From the NCBI GenBank assembly GCA_043228905.1, contig JBHGNT010000004.1:5208001-5272000 (forward strand): a stretch of 64,000 nucleotides of DNA. The letters run 5' to 3'. This document shows, piece by piece, positions 23,871 through 36,338 of the stretch. The position numbers and the translations under genes are program-made. This DNA comes from Azolla caroliniana (taxonomy: Eukaryota > Plantae > Polypodiophyta). Below the pieces are notes generated by a model, which searched no databases, was not told the DNA's origin, and saw only the letters and a program-made list of their open reading frames with translations. Position 1 is the first letter of the stretch. Every line of letters begins with the position of its first letter.

Positions 23871-26800
23871 TGTTGAGTGGGCAAGCTCAACCGGATCCAG
23901 ATCGGCTAAATAAGCCAGAGCCGGATTGGTACCCGGAATGGAGAACTGGATAGGTGTTCGGATATATCGGTATCCGGAACCTAGAGTCGGACTGGAGAAC
24001 CGGATCGTACTCCGGAATAGTGAGAACCAGTGGTTCGAGCCTAGTACATAGGCATATTCCTTGGAGTTAGTGTCAATCACTCGCACGAGCGTTGAAGTAC
24101 ATGTCAGTACTTTTAAGGACATGTATAAAAAGTGTTCTATAGGACATTGTATATACATAGTGTTATTATTTTGAATTAAGTTTCTGTTATTCTAATCTCT
24201 CAGTCTCTCCCATGTACTCTATATTCTTAAGATTCCATTAAACCTTCATTTCTATTTTACTGTTGTTATCCGCCTGAGCTGGTTTATCTAAGCTTATGCA
24301 TATTAACTTATACATGGTATCAGAGCACGAGGGTTGAGAATCCTCTACTGCTGACGAGTGACGCTCACAGACAAACCCTAACACCCGGTAAAGAACAGGA
24401 AGGAAGATATGGACAGAAGCATGGTGAGCTCGCTAGAGCTATGTGGAAGGAGCAAATGAAGTTGCGCCAGATTCGACACACAAGGACTTCCCGATATCGG
24501 AGCAAGAAGCAAGCAAGGTGTTGTACTGCCTCGTGTCCTATGTGCATGACCAGATGCTTGGCTACATCAGGGATGCAAAGTCACCGAAGGAGACCTGGGA
24601 AAATCTCCGGAAGATTTTCGTTGCAAGTACCACGGCTTGGAAGTTGCAGCTCTGGCAAGAGCTCAACAATATCCGACAACGGGACATGTCGGTCACCGGC
24701 TACACCACCAAGATCAAGGAGATCTGGGACGCGCTCGGGTCCATCAACGTGATGGTGGATGAGGACGAGATGGTCTAGATCTGCCTCAGTGGTCTAGCAC
24801 ACCAGTACGGGCCAATCCGAAAGGCAATTTGCACCCGAGAGAAGCCACCATCCTTCTTTGACCTGCAATCGATGCTGGTGGTCGAAGAAAACCACGCGAC
24901 TGGGTCAAGGGCCACTCAATCGGACAACCGGATGATGTACACGGAGGCGGATCGGCCCCATGGGCGTGGAGGACGAGATGGGTCGGCACACAATAGCAGC
25001 GGCCGGCAAGAGCAGAACAAGAGGCACAGAGATAGTGTCGACAGTAGTTCTGGACCTTCCACAAGCAGGGGGAGACAAAGCGGCACCAGAAACTGGCAAT
25101 CAATGACCGAAACATAATGCTGGTATTGTGGCCGGAAGGGCCACAGAGAAAGCCAGTGCTGGAAGAAGTGTGCCGATTCGGATAAATCCGGATCCGGCAA
25201 GCCTGGACAAGGGAACCGGCAAAGCTCCCACTATGTAGAAGGATTTGTATCTGGAAAGACCGGAAAAGGGCCAACCTTCGTGATGAAGCATAAGGCGTAC
25301 TCAATGAAGAAGACCACTTCCGGATCAGAGGAAGTGTGGTACGTTGACTGCGGAGCATCTAACCACATGATGAGCCACGAAAAGTGGTTCTCATTTCTGG
25401 AAAAGCCGGAGCAACCGGGAGTTGTCGAAATCGGAGACGACACTCCTCACCCGATAATGCATGTCAGTGAAGTCCCCTTGAGTCATGTCGGACAACAAGG
25501 GAAGCTTATGAACGTGCTTCACGTCCCGACAATCACAAAGAACTTGGTGTCCGTCGAGTAGATCATCGACCAAGGAATGCAGGTGCGATTTACACATCTC
25601 GGGTGCTTCATTGAGGAAGACGGCTGGATCATCGCGCAAGGCTGCCAGGAGGGAGAATGCTCATCCTCGACACCAAAGATGTAGGCATTGCCTTGTTCGC
25701 AAAAGGATAGAAAGTCGAGTCGGATATCATCCTGTGGCACAAGTGGATTGACCACGTCAACTATCAGAGGCTTCAAGTTCTACAATCGAAATAAGTTGTT
25801 TTCTGATTGCCGAAATTCAGTGGTTGGAAGGCCCAAATTTGTGAAGCTGCCAACTCAGGAAGCAACACCGGCTTCCATTCCCCACTAAAAGAAATTGGAG
25901 CCATAACAAGCTCGACTTGATACATTCAGATGTATGGGGACCGACACAGAACATTAGTCTTGGGAGAACAAAACGGTGTGGCCGAAAGGAAGAACCGGTC
26001 TATTGTGGAGGCGGCACAGGCAACGTTGGAAGAGAAGAGCATGCCCAAGTTCTACTAGGCCAAAGAGGTCCGGACGGCCATCTATATCCAAAACCGGAGT
26101 GGGGATAAGTTGCTAGCACACGAGCTATATTTTGGACGGACACCGAATTTAAGGCACCTTAGGATATTCAATAGCATTGCATATGTGCATGTGCCGGATG
26201 AGAAGCGGAGAAAGCTAGACCCGAAGTCGGAGAAGTGTATCCTTGTCGGCTACTCACATGAGCAAAAGGGTTATAACTACTATAACCCCCGAAAAAAACA
26301 AGTTCAAGTGAGCCGAGAGGTTGAATTTGATGAGTTAGCATCATGGTACTCTCTACCAACTACGACTCCCGACCCCGACCCGATTCCAGAAGATGAGGCC
26401 AGTGAACGAAAACAATCCGGGCAGAAGAAGAAGAAGACTTTGGTACTCTTGATGAGAATCCAATTTCATTTTGGCTAAGCGAGCCAAACGAGTGACTGAG
26501 TCGAAATGACCAGTCAGATGAAGAGTCGGCGAGTAGTGGAGACTCAACCGTGTTATCCCCATGTAAGGAACCAAAGAGATGGTTCACTCGCAAAGAGAAG
26601 GGGAAGAAGAAGATGCCGGAATACAACATTGGCAAAGACGAGTCGAACGGAGCGAATCCGACTCCGGACAGAACGAAGATAGACCTTCAGAGACGAAGTC
26701 CAAGCTGGCCCAGAGGGCCTTGAAATCAGCTAACGAGAGGTTACACCAATCGACCCCGCCAGAAGAACCCCTGTCAAACGGTATGGGTATAACGAGTACA

Positions 26801-27749
26801 TGGCACATCACTATGCATACATGATGAAGGTGGTGGAAGTGCATGAGCTGGAGAGCTACGCAAATGTGGCAAAAGACGCACAATGGTGTGCCGCCATGGA
26901 GTAAGAGATGCGGTCACTTGATGCCAACGACACATGGGACCTGGTTGACCCTCCCCGACATTGCAAACCGATCGGTTGCAAGTGGGTGACAGACAAGGTA
27001 AAGTATAATGCTGACGGTTCGGTCAACCGGTACAAAGCACGGTTAGTGGCCAAAGGATATGCGCAAACCCACAGAATGGACTACGATGAAATCTTCTCTC
27101 CGATAGAGAAGATGACGACGGTTCGTGTGGTGCTGGCAATTGTTGCGGCAAGGGGATGGCATCTTCACCAAATGGACGTGCAGAATGTGTTTCTTCAAGG
27201 TGATCTTGAAGAACAGGTCTACATGATCCCGCCCCCTAGATTTCAGTCAGAGATGAACAAGTCAGTAGTGTGCCGACCCAAAAAGTCCCTTTACGGCCTG
27301 GAGAAAGCCCCCTGAGCTTGGAATTCGAAGATCACGCATCGGTTGCGTAAGATGGGGTTTGTGTTCTTGAAGTTGGACACTTTGTTGTTCATTTGGAAAG
27401 GTCCGGAAGGTCCGGTATATATCTTGTTATACGTGGATGATCTAGTCATTACCGGACCCGGCCTTGCTGAAATTGGCCGCATGAAGTCCCAGTTGTCGGA
27501 TGCATTCGAAATGAAGTACCTGGGGGACCTTCATTACTTCCTCGAACGACATACTGCTCTCTCAGCGACATTATGTGCTCAATATGTTGTACAAGTTCGG
27601 CATGACAGATTGTTGACCAATCTCCACACCCCTGAACCGGAATCTCAAGCTTTGTCCCGACTCCGGTCCGGCTTGCAATGAGAGACGGTTCCGACAAATT
27701 GTCAGAAGCCTTATTTATTTAACGATCACCCGAACCGACATTAGCTATA
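23871..27749 (+). mobile_element. Ty1/copia element I (probably Ale-like), degenerate, 3'-truncated, inserted in the 3' LTR of H
   Basis: LTR 23871-24314 with PBS TGGTATCAGAGC directly abutting; broken gag (CWYCGRKGH), protease (WYVDCGASNHM), integrase and RT (YKARLVAKG, LYVDDL). Confidence 0.9.
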
Positions 27750-30700
27750 TGTGCAGAATAGCGCTCGTCCACAACCAAGACTCAAACACTTTATGAGATA
27801 ACAAAATAGAAATGGAGGTTCATACACTTATAGAGAAGAGACGACACAGGATGTTTACGTGGAAAACCCTAATAGGGAAAAACCACGGGAGCCCACAAAC
27901 TCCAACTATCACTATATGAGAAAGGAGGTACAACAGAAGACTCAAAGGCAATGACCTCGAGCTTTGTATCTTCGCCAACCGGCGGCTTCTCTTCTCTCTC
28001 TCTCTCTGTACAACTATGATACAACTAACAACAGCAACAACCACACATCTGAAGTGATTGCCCTAAGTCATATTTATACTTATATGACTTTATGACTATT
28101 TACAAATATAGCCTTTACATGCACACCAGAAACATATTTGTAGATGTCCCTGGATCCGGTTCACACCGGATCCATCCAGATACCTTCCGGTTCGATTCCT
28201 TCCTTCGGCTTGTTCGATCCGGCTCCTCCGGATCCCATTTGGAGGGACCGAATTCCCAACAAACTCCCCCTTCACTCTGGCATGGGATTTCTCGTTAGTC
28301 TGATCCGTCTCCGGCACGTGTCCAGTTTGTCGGCTGACAACACCTTGGTCAGCATATCTGACCTGTTCTCCTCTGTGTGGATCTTCGTCAACACGAAGTC
28401 TTGATCTTCTACCTTCTCCCGGAGCTAATGATATCTTCTCTGGATGTGCTTGGTCCGAGAATGGTAGGTTGCGTTCTTAGCAAGGTGGATGGCACTTTGG
28501 TTGTCGTAGTAGAGCCAGTATTCCTCCTTTCGAATCCCTAACTCTCTGATGAAGTCCCTCCCTTGCTGGCTTCCACAGTTGCCATGTACTCCGCTTCCGT
28601 TTTTGACAGTGCAACAGACTTCTACAGCCTCGACTGCCACGATACAGCTCTCCCTGCATATGTCGTGACGTATCCAGATGTGGACCGGCTGGTATCCACA
28701 TTAGCTGACATATCTGAATCCGTAAAGCCTTCTAGTTGGGGTTTACCTGAGTTGAACCGGAGGCACATACTCGAGGTGCCTTTCAAGTACCGGAGTATCC
28801 ACTTGAGCACGTTCCAGTGTTCTCTTCCCTGATTGCTCATGAACCAGTTGCCCACTCCGACTGCGTATCCGATATCTGGTTGGGTGCAAACCATCGCATA
28901 CATCAAGCTTCTGACGGTAGAGGCATATGGTATCTTCATCATATTCGACTTCTCTGCCTTTGTCTTCGGGCTCTAGTTTTTGGACAACTTGCAGTTTGCC
29001 GAAAGTGTCGACCCGACCGGCTTCGCATCCGACATGTTGAACCGTTTAAGCAACTTCATCACGTACTTCTCCTATGACAGCCTGTTGAGATACAAGCTCA
29101 ACATTAGCCGGATCAGTGTGTAAATCGGTGCGTAAACCGGTGTGCAACAAGAGACCGGATCGGTGCGGAAACCGGGAGGCCGTTGAACAAATATTCTGCA
29201 AGGGAATATATTTGGGAGTTAGTGTAGGAGCTCAGATATGAGCATTAAAGTACATGTCAGTACTTCTGTCAATCCATATGGACTTGTATAAAAGTACTCT
29301 CTGAGCACATCCTATGTACAGAGTTTACAGATTATTCGAATTTCGTTTTTTCTGTGTGTTAATCCCCTCTCTGTCTCTCACGCGTACATCGTGTCTTAAG
29401 CTCTCCATTAAACCTGTGTCTTCCCTATTGGTATTTTGTGTTTCATATAGCTTCCGTGCGTAACATTTCACATGGTATCAGAGCGCAAGGGTTCAGAACT
29501 GTTGGGTTTACGGTCCCTTTCGGATGGGATGGTCGGATGCCGAAGATGAATGCCGACAAGCCCGGTTTCGGTTTCGGAACCGGATGATGAAGACCCCGGT
29601 TTCGGAACCGGATGACGAATGTACCCGGAGAGAGATCCGGATGCGGGGACATATCTGCGAATATGTTTGCCAAGGGCCCTTGAGGCTATAGTTGTAAATA
29701 GCCCTAAAGTCATATGTGTATAAATATGACTTAGGGCAAACAGTTTTAATGTTGCTACTCATTTTTCTGTTTTTCCACTCAAGAGGAGTGAAGAGAGAGC
29801 AGCCGTGAGAGAGATAGAGCGTGAGAGTGGAAGAGGTCGACGCCTCTGTGTAATACCGCCGCCTGTGGCGAGGATAGCGAGCTCAAGGTCGTCGCCTTGC
29901 AGCTCGCCATTGTATATTTCTCTGTGCATAGTTTTGGTTTGGAGCCTTGCACTCCCGTGGTTTTTCCCATCTAGGGTTTTCCACGTTAATCCATGTGTTA
30001 TAGTGTCTTTCTCAGTGTTTCCTATTTTCTGCTGCATTGAATCGCGATTACTCGGTTGTGGCCGAGAGAAGAAGGTGAATCGGAGAGCGTCGATTCTCAA
30101 CAAACTGGTATCAGAGCGAGCTGCTGCAGAAAATGGAAGGCGGCGGCAACGGGCAGCCGGGGATGATGGTGCTGAATGCGCAGAATTACGCCGACTGGAA
30201 GATCAAGATGGAGGATCTTCTGATTGTTCGGGACCTATACGAACCGATTGACAGGTCGGAAATACCGAAGGGAGTACTTGAGTCGGAATGGAGGCTTCTG
30301 AACCGGAAAGCCGTTGCAACCATTCGGCAATACGTAGACGTGAGCGTTCTACAACATGTGGCGAACGACATCAACGCATATGAGATGTGGCGGAAGCTGT
30401 CGGGACTCTACGAGAGGAAGAATGCGTTGAACCGGACCTCCCTGATGAGGAAGATAGTGAACCTCAAGTACCGGGACGGCGAGAGTATGGTGGAACACGT
30501 AAGCACGTTCATGGGATTCGTGAACCAGCTTGCGGCGATCAAGTTCCCGCTGGAGGATGCAATGCAAGCCATCATTCTTATGTGTACATTGCCGGAAAGC
30601 TGGGAGAACTTGGTGGTGACTCTCAGCACCTCCTGCACGGAAGATAACTTGTCCCTACAAACGGTAAAGACAAGTATTTTGAACGAAGAAGCGTGTCGGA

Positions 30701-32840
30701 GAGATAAAGAACCGACCTCCGACTCGAAGGCGCTGCTTACCGAATCGGAACGGGGAAGACAATGGAACCGGAGTCCGCAAAGACGGGAGAAGTCGGGGAC
30801 CCGGTCGCAGTCAAGAGGAAGACCCACATGCTTCCACTGTGGGAAGCCGGGGCACTTCCGGAAGAATTGTCGGCATTACCGAAAGGACAACGGAGCCGAC
30901 GACACCGATTCGAAGAAGTCACCGGAGAGAAACGGTGCATACCGGGGAGCCACGGACCGGAGAGGTCCGGATCGGCGAGGGCAGGACCGGAAAGGAACGA
31001 CGGCACTCGCGGCAAGTGAGGAAGAAATCATGCTCATCACCGAAGAAGGTGAACTAAACATTGCCGGCGATGAGACGACCTGGGTGGTCGATTCCGGAGC
31101 ATCGTTCCACCTGACCCCGGAGAGAAGATACTTCTCATCCTACACAGCCGGTGAGCATGGCTGTGTTCGGATGGGAAATGAAGGTACGTGCCGGATTGCC
31201 GGCATAGGAGACGTGTGGTTGACAACCTCGACCGGATGCAAAATGCTGCTGAAGGATGTCCGACACGTTCCGGAGGTTCGATTGAACCTGATTTCGGCCG
31301 GGAGGCTAGACGATGAAGGCTACACAGGTAGCATCCGGAACGGTGTAATGAAGTTCAGCAAGGGGAGCCTGATAGTGGCTCGGGCCCGGAAAGTCAACAC
31401 ACTGTACCTTATGAATGCCTGGTTGTGTCCGGAAGAGTTGAACGTGGCAACTGACACTGCCGGTGAGCTGTGGCACAAGAGACTGTGCCACATGAGTGAG
31501 AAGGGGATGAAGAGGCTTGCAGAATACAACCTTATTCCAGTGAAGCATGTGCACTTGGAGAAGTGCACCGATTGCCTGGCCGGTAAGCAGAACCGAACCT
31601 CCTTCCACTCAAGGCCACCGACGAGACGTAGCGCACCATTGGAGTTGGTGCACACTGATGTGTGTCAGGTAGAAACGAAGTCACATGGCGGAGCCCAGTA
31701 CTTCGTAACATTCATTGATGATCACAGCCGGAAGCTGTGGACGGCACCGCTGAAGACAAAGGACCAAGTGTTGTGCGTCTTCAAAGAACTCCACGCGAGA
31801 GTGGAAAGGGAATCCGGCAAGAAGCTGAAAGCGATACGAGCGGATAACGGAGGGGAATACCGGGGGCAGTTCGTGGAGTACTGTCGCTCGAAGGGAATCC
31901 GGCTCGAGTTTACTGTGCCGAAGACGCCGGAACTGAACGGACTGGCCGAGAGGATGAACCGGACCATAATGGAGAGGGTCCGGAGTATGCTGGCGCATGC
32001 GGAATTACCCAAGGGGTTTTGGGCTGAGGCTATGTCGACGGCGACATACGTTGTCGGGGTTGCTACGCCCTTGCGTGTAGAAAGGAGGAGGGACCACGGG
32101 GGTCTCGAACCGAAGAGCAAGAGAGAGAGGAGTAAGAGAGAGAGACCCGATTACACAGAACCGAAGATCCGATTGCGCAGAACCGACGATTGCACAGGGA
32201 CACGGCCCAACAAACAGAGATCACAAATAGACGCCGACGCAGATGGACGCAACAACGAGAGATATGTGCTTATGAATGCAAGAAAATAACAGACTAAAGT
32301 ATTACAACCCACGGTAGGGCACAAAATAGATACTAACGAAAACGAACAGGGCGGCGAACAGCTGCCGACCCCTGTATGTCGCGACGCACAGAAAGGGAAA
32401 ACAGGTCGGAGGTGCTGCAGGACGCACTCGGGGCGTTCCACGGAACAGCGCAAGCCTCCTCGAAACCTGCACAGGTACGCGATGGAGCAGAAGACAGAGA
32501 GAGCAGGAGTGAGAGAGAAGCTCCGAAATCGGTTCGGCAGCACTTCGTCCTCTCCGCGGGAGATACCCCACTTCTATTCTTCCTCTTCCTTTTATAGCCC
32601 GTCAAGAGGCCGTTTGGCATTAACTGCATACCAACCGAATCTACCCACCTAGGATCCTCGTATGTACCTACTTCGTCCTTAGGTACTTCTTGGCGCGCGT
32701 GTGTGTGTAGAGCCGTTTCCCACGCCTTGTTCCTCCGATTCCTCTTGTGGGCGGTTTTCTTCACGACATCCGCCCCCACCTAACCGCGCATCCACCGGCA
32801 TGCGCCAAATTAAGTTGGCACGGAGAAAACCGGCCCGCCT

Positions 32841-35800
32841 TTACTCTTCGCCTGCCGGCCCTTCCTCGGCCTCGGATCGGTCGTCGCTGCTGTCCAGGAG
32901 AATCGGGTCGGGTTCGTCGTCGTGCCGCTTCTTGAAAGCTTTGATCCTCTTCCCGGCCACGGGTATCGCTATTCTCGTACCGTCGAGTTCCGCCAGATGA
33001 TACGTCCCGTTGTCGTTGGCGCTCTGTACCGTGTACGGCCCGAACCATCTCCGTGCGAACTTCCTTGTTGCTCGGTGCTGGTTGTCGAGGCTGCTGTCGT
33101 AGACGAGCACCCAGTCACCTTCGTCGATTTTCTTCGGTCGTAGCCGGTGCGTTCGGTCGAACCGGGCTTTGTTCTTTGTCCTCGCCACCCGGAGCTTCTC
33201 CGTAGCCAGTGCCACGTCCTCCGGTCTCCGCTCGAGCTGTCGTATACGTGCGGCCAACAACTCCTCCCGGCTCATCTCGTCCCTCCAGTCGACCGTTGCC
33301 CACGAGGAGATCGTCCGTTCAATCGGCATGATCGGCTTCTGGCCGAACATGAGCTCCGTCGGCATGTACCCGGTTACCGAACTGTGCGTGGTCCGGTCTG
33401 CCCACAAAGCATAAGGTAGCAGCTGCGGCCAGTTACCGACTCGGCCTCCGCATGCCCGAATCAACGCCTTGACGATCGGTCCGTGTCCGCGCTCCACCTT
33501 TCCATTCGCCTCCGGATTGTACGCAGTGGTGAGCGAGAGCTTGACTCCAAGCCGGTCGAACAGCTCCGCGGCCTCTTCGGCGTCCAACTCCCCTCGGTCA
33601 GCCACGATCTTCCCGACGCACCCGTACCGGCATATCACGTCCTCGACTAGGAACCGACACACGGCCGCGGTCGTCTTGTTCTGAAGGGCTCGGCCTTCCA
33701 CCTGGTTCGTCAGGTCTTCCCGCGCTAGGACCAGATACCGCATCTGTCCTACCCCCATCGGCATCGTCACCAGATCTACCATCCATTTGAAGTGGATAGT
33801 CGGAGGGTACGTAGGGTGAAGCCCGTCCCGGTGTCGGACTATCGAGTGCATCTGACAACTCTCGCAAGTTGACACGAACCGATGCACGTCCCGGTACAAT
33901 CCCGGCCACCAGTACTTCCCCTTCAGCTTCTCAAACGTCGCCGACGTTCCACGGTGTCCAGCCCAAGGGCTGTCGTGGTAGGCCGCCAGTAGCTCCTCCT
34001 GTACTTCCTTCATCGCCACCACCCGGAGCGGGACGCCGTCCCTCTTCTTCGGGTGCTTCCATAGATGCCCATCTCGGAGAAAGAATCGATATGCTTTCTT
34101 CCGGATCCGGTTGGCCTCGTCCTTCGTCCATGACGCATCGGGCGTCATTGTCTTCAAAAACCCGCCGATCTGCAGCCACTCCCCGTCGTACTTGCTCGCG
34201 TCGAACTCGTTAAGCGCCGGAGTGCTCATCCCGTCGGTCGTTATGTATGCCGCCTCGAAGAAATCCACGCCGACTTCTTCGTCTTCCGAAACCATGCCGC
34301 CCTCGTCGTCGAACCTCGCCCTCGAAAGCATGTCGGCCATGGCGTTGTCTTTCCCGGAAAGGTGTCGTATTTCCGGGTCCAGGGACTTGATGTACGCTAT
34401 CCACCTGAGCATCGCCAGGTCCGGAGTCGCGCATCCGGAAACCATTCCGAGAATCGGCAGGCAATCCGTCTCGATGATCACTTCTGTCCCTATCAGGTAG
34501 TCTTTGTCGGCCTTAACCGCCGAAACAATACCCCAGAGTTCGCGTTTAACCTGGGCGTATCCTCGCTGCCGTTCACTGAGGACTTTCGCGCCGAATCGGA
34601 TCGGAAACCGATTGCCGTCCTCGTCTTCCTGGTTCACGACCCATCCGATCCCGGTCGGACTGGTATCCACCGTTATGAATACCGGGGTACCCTTCCCGTA
34701 TACCGCCTTCCGGAGTGCCGGTGCCGCTGCAAGGGCCTCTTTCAGCTTCCGGACCGATTCCGCGTGCTCGTCTAGCCATTCGAACCTTCGTCCCTTTTTC
34801 AGCAACCCGTACAGTGGCTCCGCGACGTGTGCGTAATGCGGGATCCACATGTGGTAGAACGCGCATGCCCCCAGGAATCTCCGTACTTCCGTGACCGAGC
34901 TGCAGTCGGGCTTCATCGCGGAGATGGCTTCTACCTTTGCCGGAGACGGTTTCCGGCCATATGGTCCGCACAGGTGTCCGACCACCATGATTTCTGACTG
35001 CCCGAAGGCCGACTTCTCCCCGGAGAAGGTGAGTCTCGCATCCTCTAGCCTTTGCAGCACCTTCTCGCAGTCGTCGATGTGCGTCGCCACGAATCGCCGG
35101 CATCCGTCCGGCCCGATCGTCTCGTCCTTTTCTTCCACCGGGCATCCCTTGATCGGGATGTCGTCCAGAAACGGCATGGTGATGTCCGGGATACAGTCCC
35201 TCAGAACCTTGTTCATCGCATTCACCATGTGGGCCACCGAGTTGGTCCCTCCTTGCGGCAGTGTACACATCCGAACTAGGCCGAGGGGAGTTCGCATCGT
35301 CGTAATGTCTCTGCTCTCCACGGCTAGCTGGAACTGGTCGTACCCTGAGTATAGATCCCCGACCGAGTAAATTGACCTTCCGGCGAAGGCCTCCGCGAAC
35401 TCGTCTATGGTCGGTCCGATCCCTGCGTTCCGAATGGTCACTCGATTGACCGGCTGCAGGTCCTGGATGAAGCGCAGCGAACCGTTTTTCTTCGGTACGG
35501 TAAACCATCGATTCGAATATGGGGCGCTCGACGGCTCGAGAATTCCCATATCAACTTTCTGCCTCAGCAGCTCCATCAACTTCGGGATGTGAGCTCTCGG
35601 AACCGGGATTGGCTTGAGATTCCATGGTACATGCGGTACCGTGAATATCACCATCGGCTCCACGATCGTCGGGTCAACGCACCCGATTTCCTCCGGCGAG
35701 AATGCGAAGGCTTTCCCGTGCCTTCCGAGCATTCTCCGAAACCGGTCTTCCTCCGCCGGCAGTAGGAACCCGCCCCCACCGATTTTGAGCTCTCGGAGCG

Positions 35801-36338
35801 TCTCGTCAGTGAAGGTGTGCCCTATGCAGGCCGGATCTCGTAGACTAGGGTCCGATGCAACCCCTTTGATTCTCGACGCGCTGTCCTCCGGTAAGGGTGC
35901 CGCTACTGGCCTTACCTTCCGGTCCACAGTCTTGTACTTGGTGTTTACGTGGGCCGTCCGAACTGACTCGAGCCCTCGACCGAAGTCCGCGATGACTTCG
36001 TACATCTCCTCGGAACACACCGGTATCGTCCGGTCTTCGTTAAGGCCTTCTTCGACTACCTTTCCCAGCATTCCCAAGGTGTCGTCGAATGAGACCGCCT
36101 CCACGGCTCCGTTGATTTCCTCGTCCGGGCCGAGAACTCCGCACGCTCGAAGTCTCGCCTCCGTCTTTGTTTTCTCTCGGCCGGCGATGCCGACCATCGC
36201 ACACGCTCCGCTGTCGGAGAACAAAAATTCCCTACCTATGGTACAAGGTTTCTTCGGTTTTATCGTACAGGTGTGGGGTTTTCCCGGGGTGTCCGGACTG
36301 TCGCGGCCCCACGCCTTGGCAGCCCTCTCTAAAAATCC
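32841..36338 (-). CDS. pol: Pol (RT-RNaseH-integrase) of gypsy C, probably entered by a -1 frameshift
   Basis: Frame is open back to GGA-TTT-TTA overlapping the gag stop; FLDD, RNaseH, HHCC/DDE and GPY; no chromodomain. Confidence 0.93.
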   Translation of the reverse strand, partial: GFLERAAKAWGRDSPDTPGKPHTCTIKPKKPCTIGREFLFSDSGACAMVGIAGREKTKTEARLRACGVLGPDEEINGAVEAVSFDDTLGMLGKVVEEGLNEDRTIPVCSEEMYEVIADFGRGLESVRTAHVNTKYKTVDRKVRPVAAPLPEDSASRIKGVASDPSLRDPACIGHTFTDETLRELKIGGGGFLLPAEEDRFRRMLGRHGKAFAFSPEEIGCVDPTIVEPMVIFTVPHVPWNLKPIPVPRAHIPKLMELLRQKVDMGILEPSSAPYSNRWFTVPKKNGSLRFIQDLQPVNRVTIRNAGIGPTIDEFAEAFAGRSIYSVGDLYSGYDQFQLAVESRDITTMRTPLGLVRMCTLPQGGTNSVAHMVNAMNKVLRDCIPDITMPFLDDIPIKGCPVEEKDETIGPDGCRRFVATHIDDCEKVLQRLEDARLTFSGEKSAFGQSEIMVVGHLCGPYGRKPSPAKVEAISAMKPDCSSVTEVRRFLGACAFYHMWIPHYAHVAEPLYGLLKKGRRFEWLDEHAESVRKLKEALAAAPALRKAVYGKGTPVFITVDTSPTGIGWVVNQEDEDGNRFPIRFGAKVLSERQRGYAQVKRELWGIVSAVKADKDYLIGTEVIIETDCLPILGMVSGCATPDLAMLRWIAYIKSLDPEIRHLSGKDNAMADMLSRARFDDEGGMVSEDEEVGVDFFEAAYITTDGMSTPALNEFDASKYDGEWLQIGGFLKTMTPDASWTKDEANRIRKKAYRFFLRDGHLWKHPKKRDGVPLRVVAMKEVQEELLAAYHDSPWAGHRGTSATFEKLKGKYWWPGLYRDVHRFVSTCESCQMHSIVRHRDGLHPTYPPTIHFKWMVDLVTMPMGVGQMRYLVLAREDLTNQVEGRALQNKTTAAVCRFLVEDVICRYGCVGKIVADRGELDAEEAAELFDRLGVKLSLTTAYNPEANGKVERGHGPIVKALIRACGGRVGNWPQLLPYALWADRTTHSSVTGYMPTELMFGQKPIMPIERTISSWATVDWRDEMSREELLAARIRQLERRPEDVALATEKLRVARTKNKARFDRTHRLRPKKIDEGDWVLVYDSSLDNQHRATRKFARRWFGPYTVQSANDNGTYHLAELDGTRIAIPVAGKRIKAFKKRHDDEPDPILLDSSDDRSEAEEGPAGEE

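Noticed and set aside
32101-32158. B-box-like GGTTCGAGACC on the minus strand of the C/D LTR
   Set aside because: The A-box match is poor and the spacer is a CT microsatellite, so there is no tRNA-like fold.
34573-35508. 311-aa alternative-frame ORF inside pol, plus many antisense ORFs in C and D
   Set aside because: Low-complexity Arg/Gly-rich shadows of GC-rich codon use; not preserved at this length in A or B.
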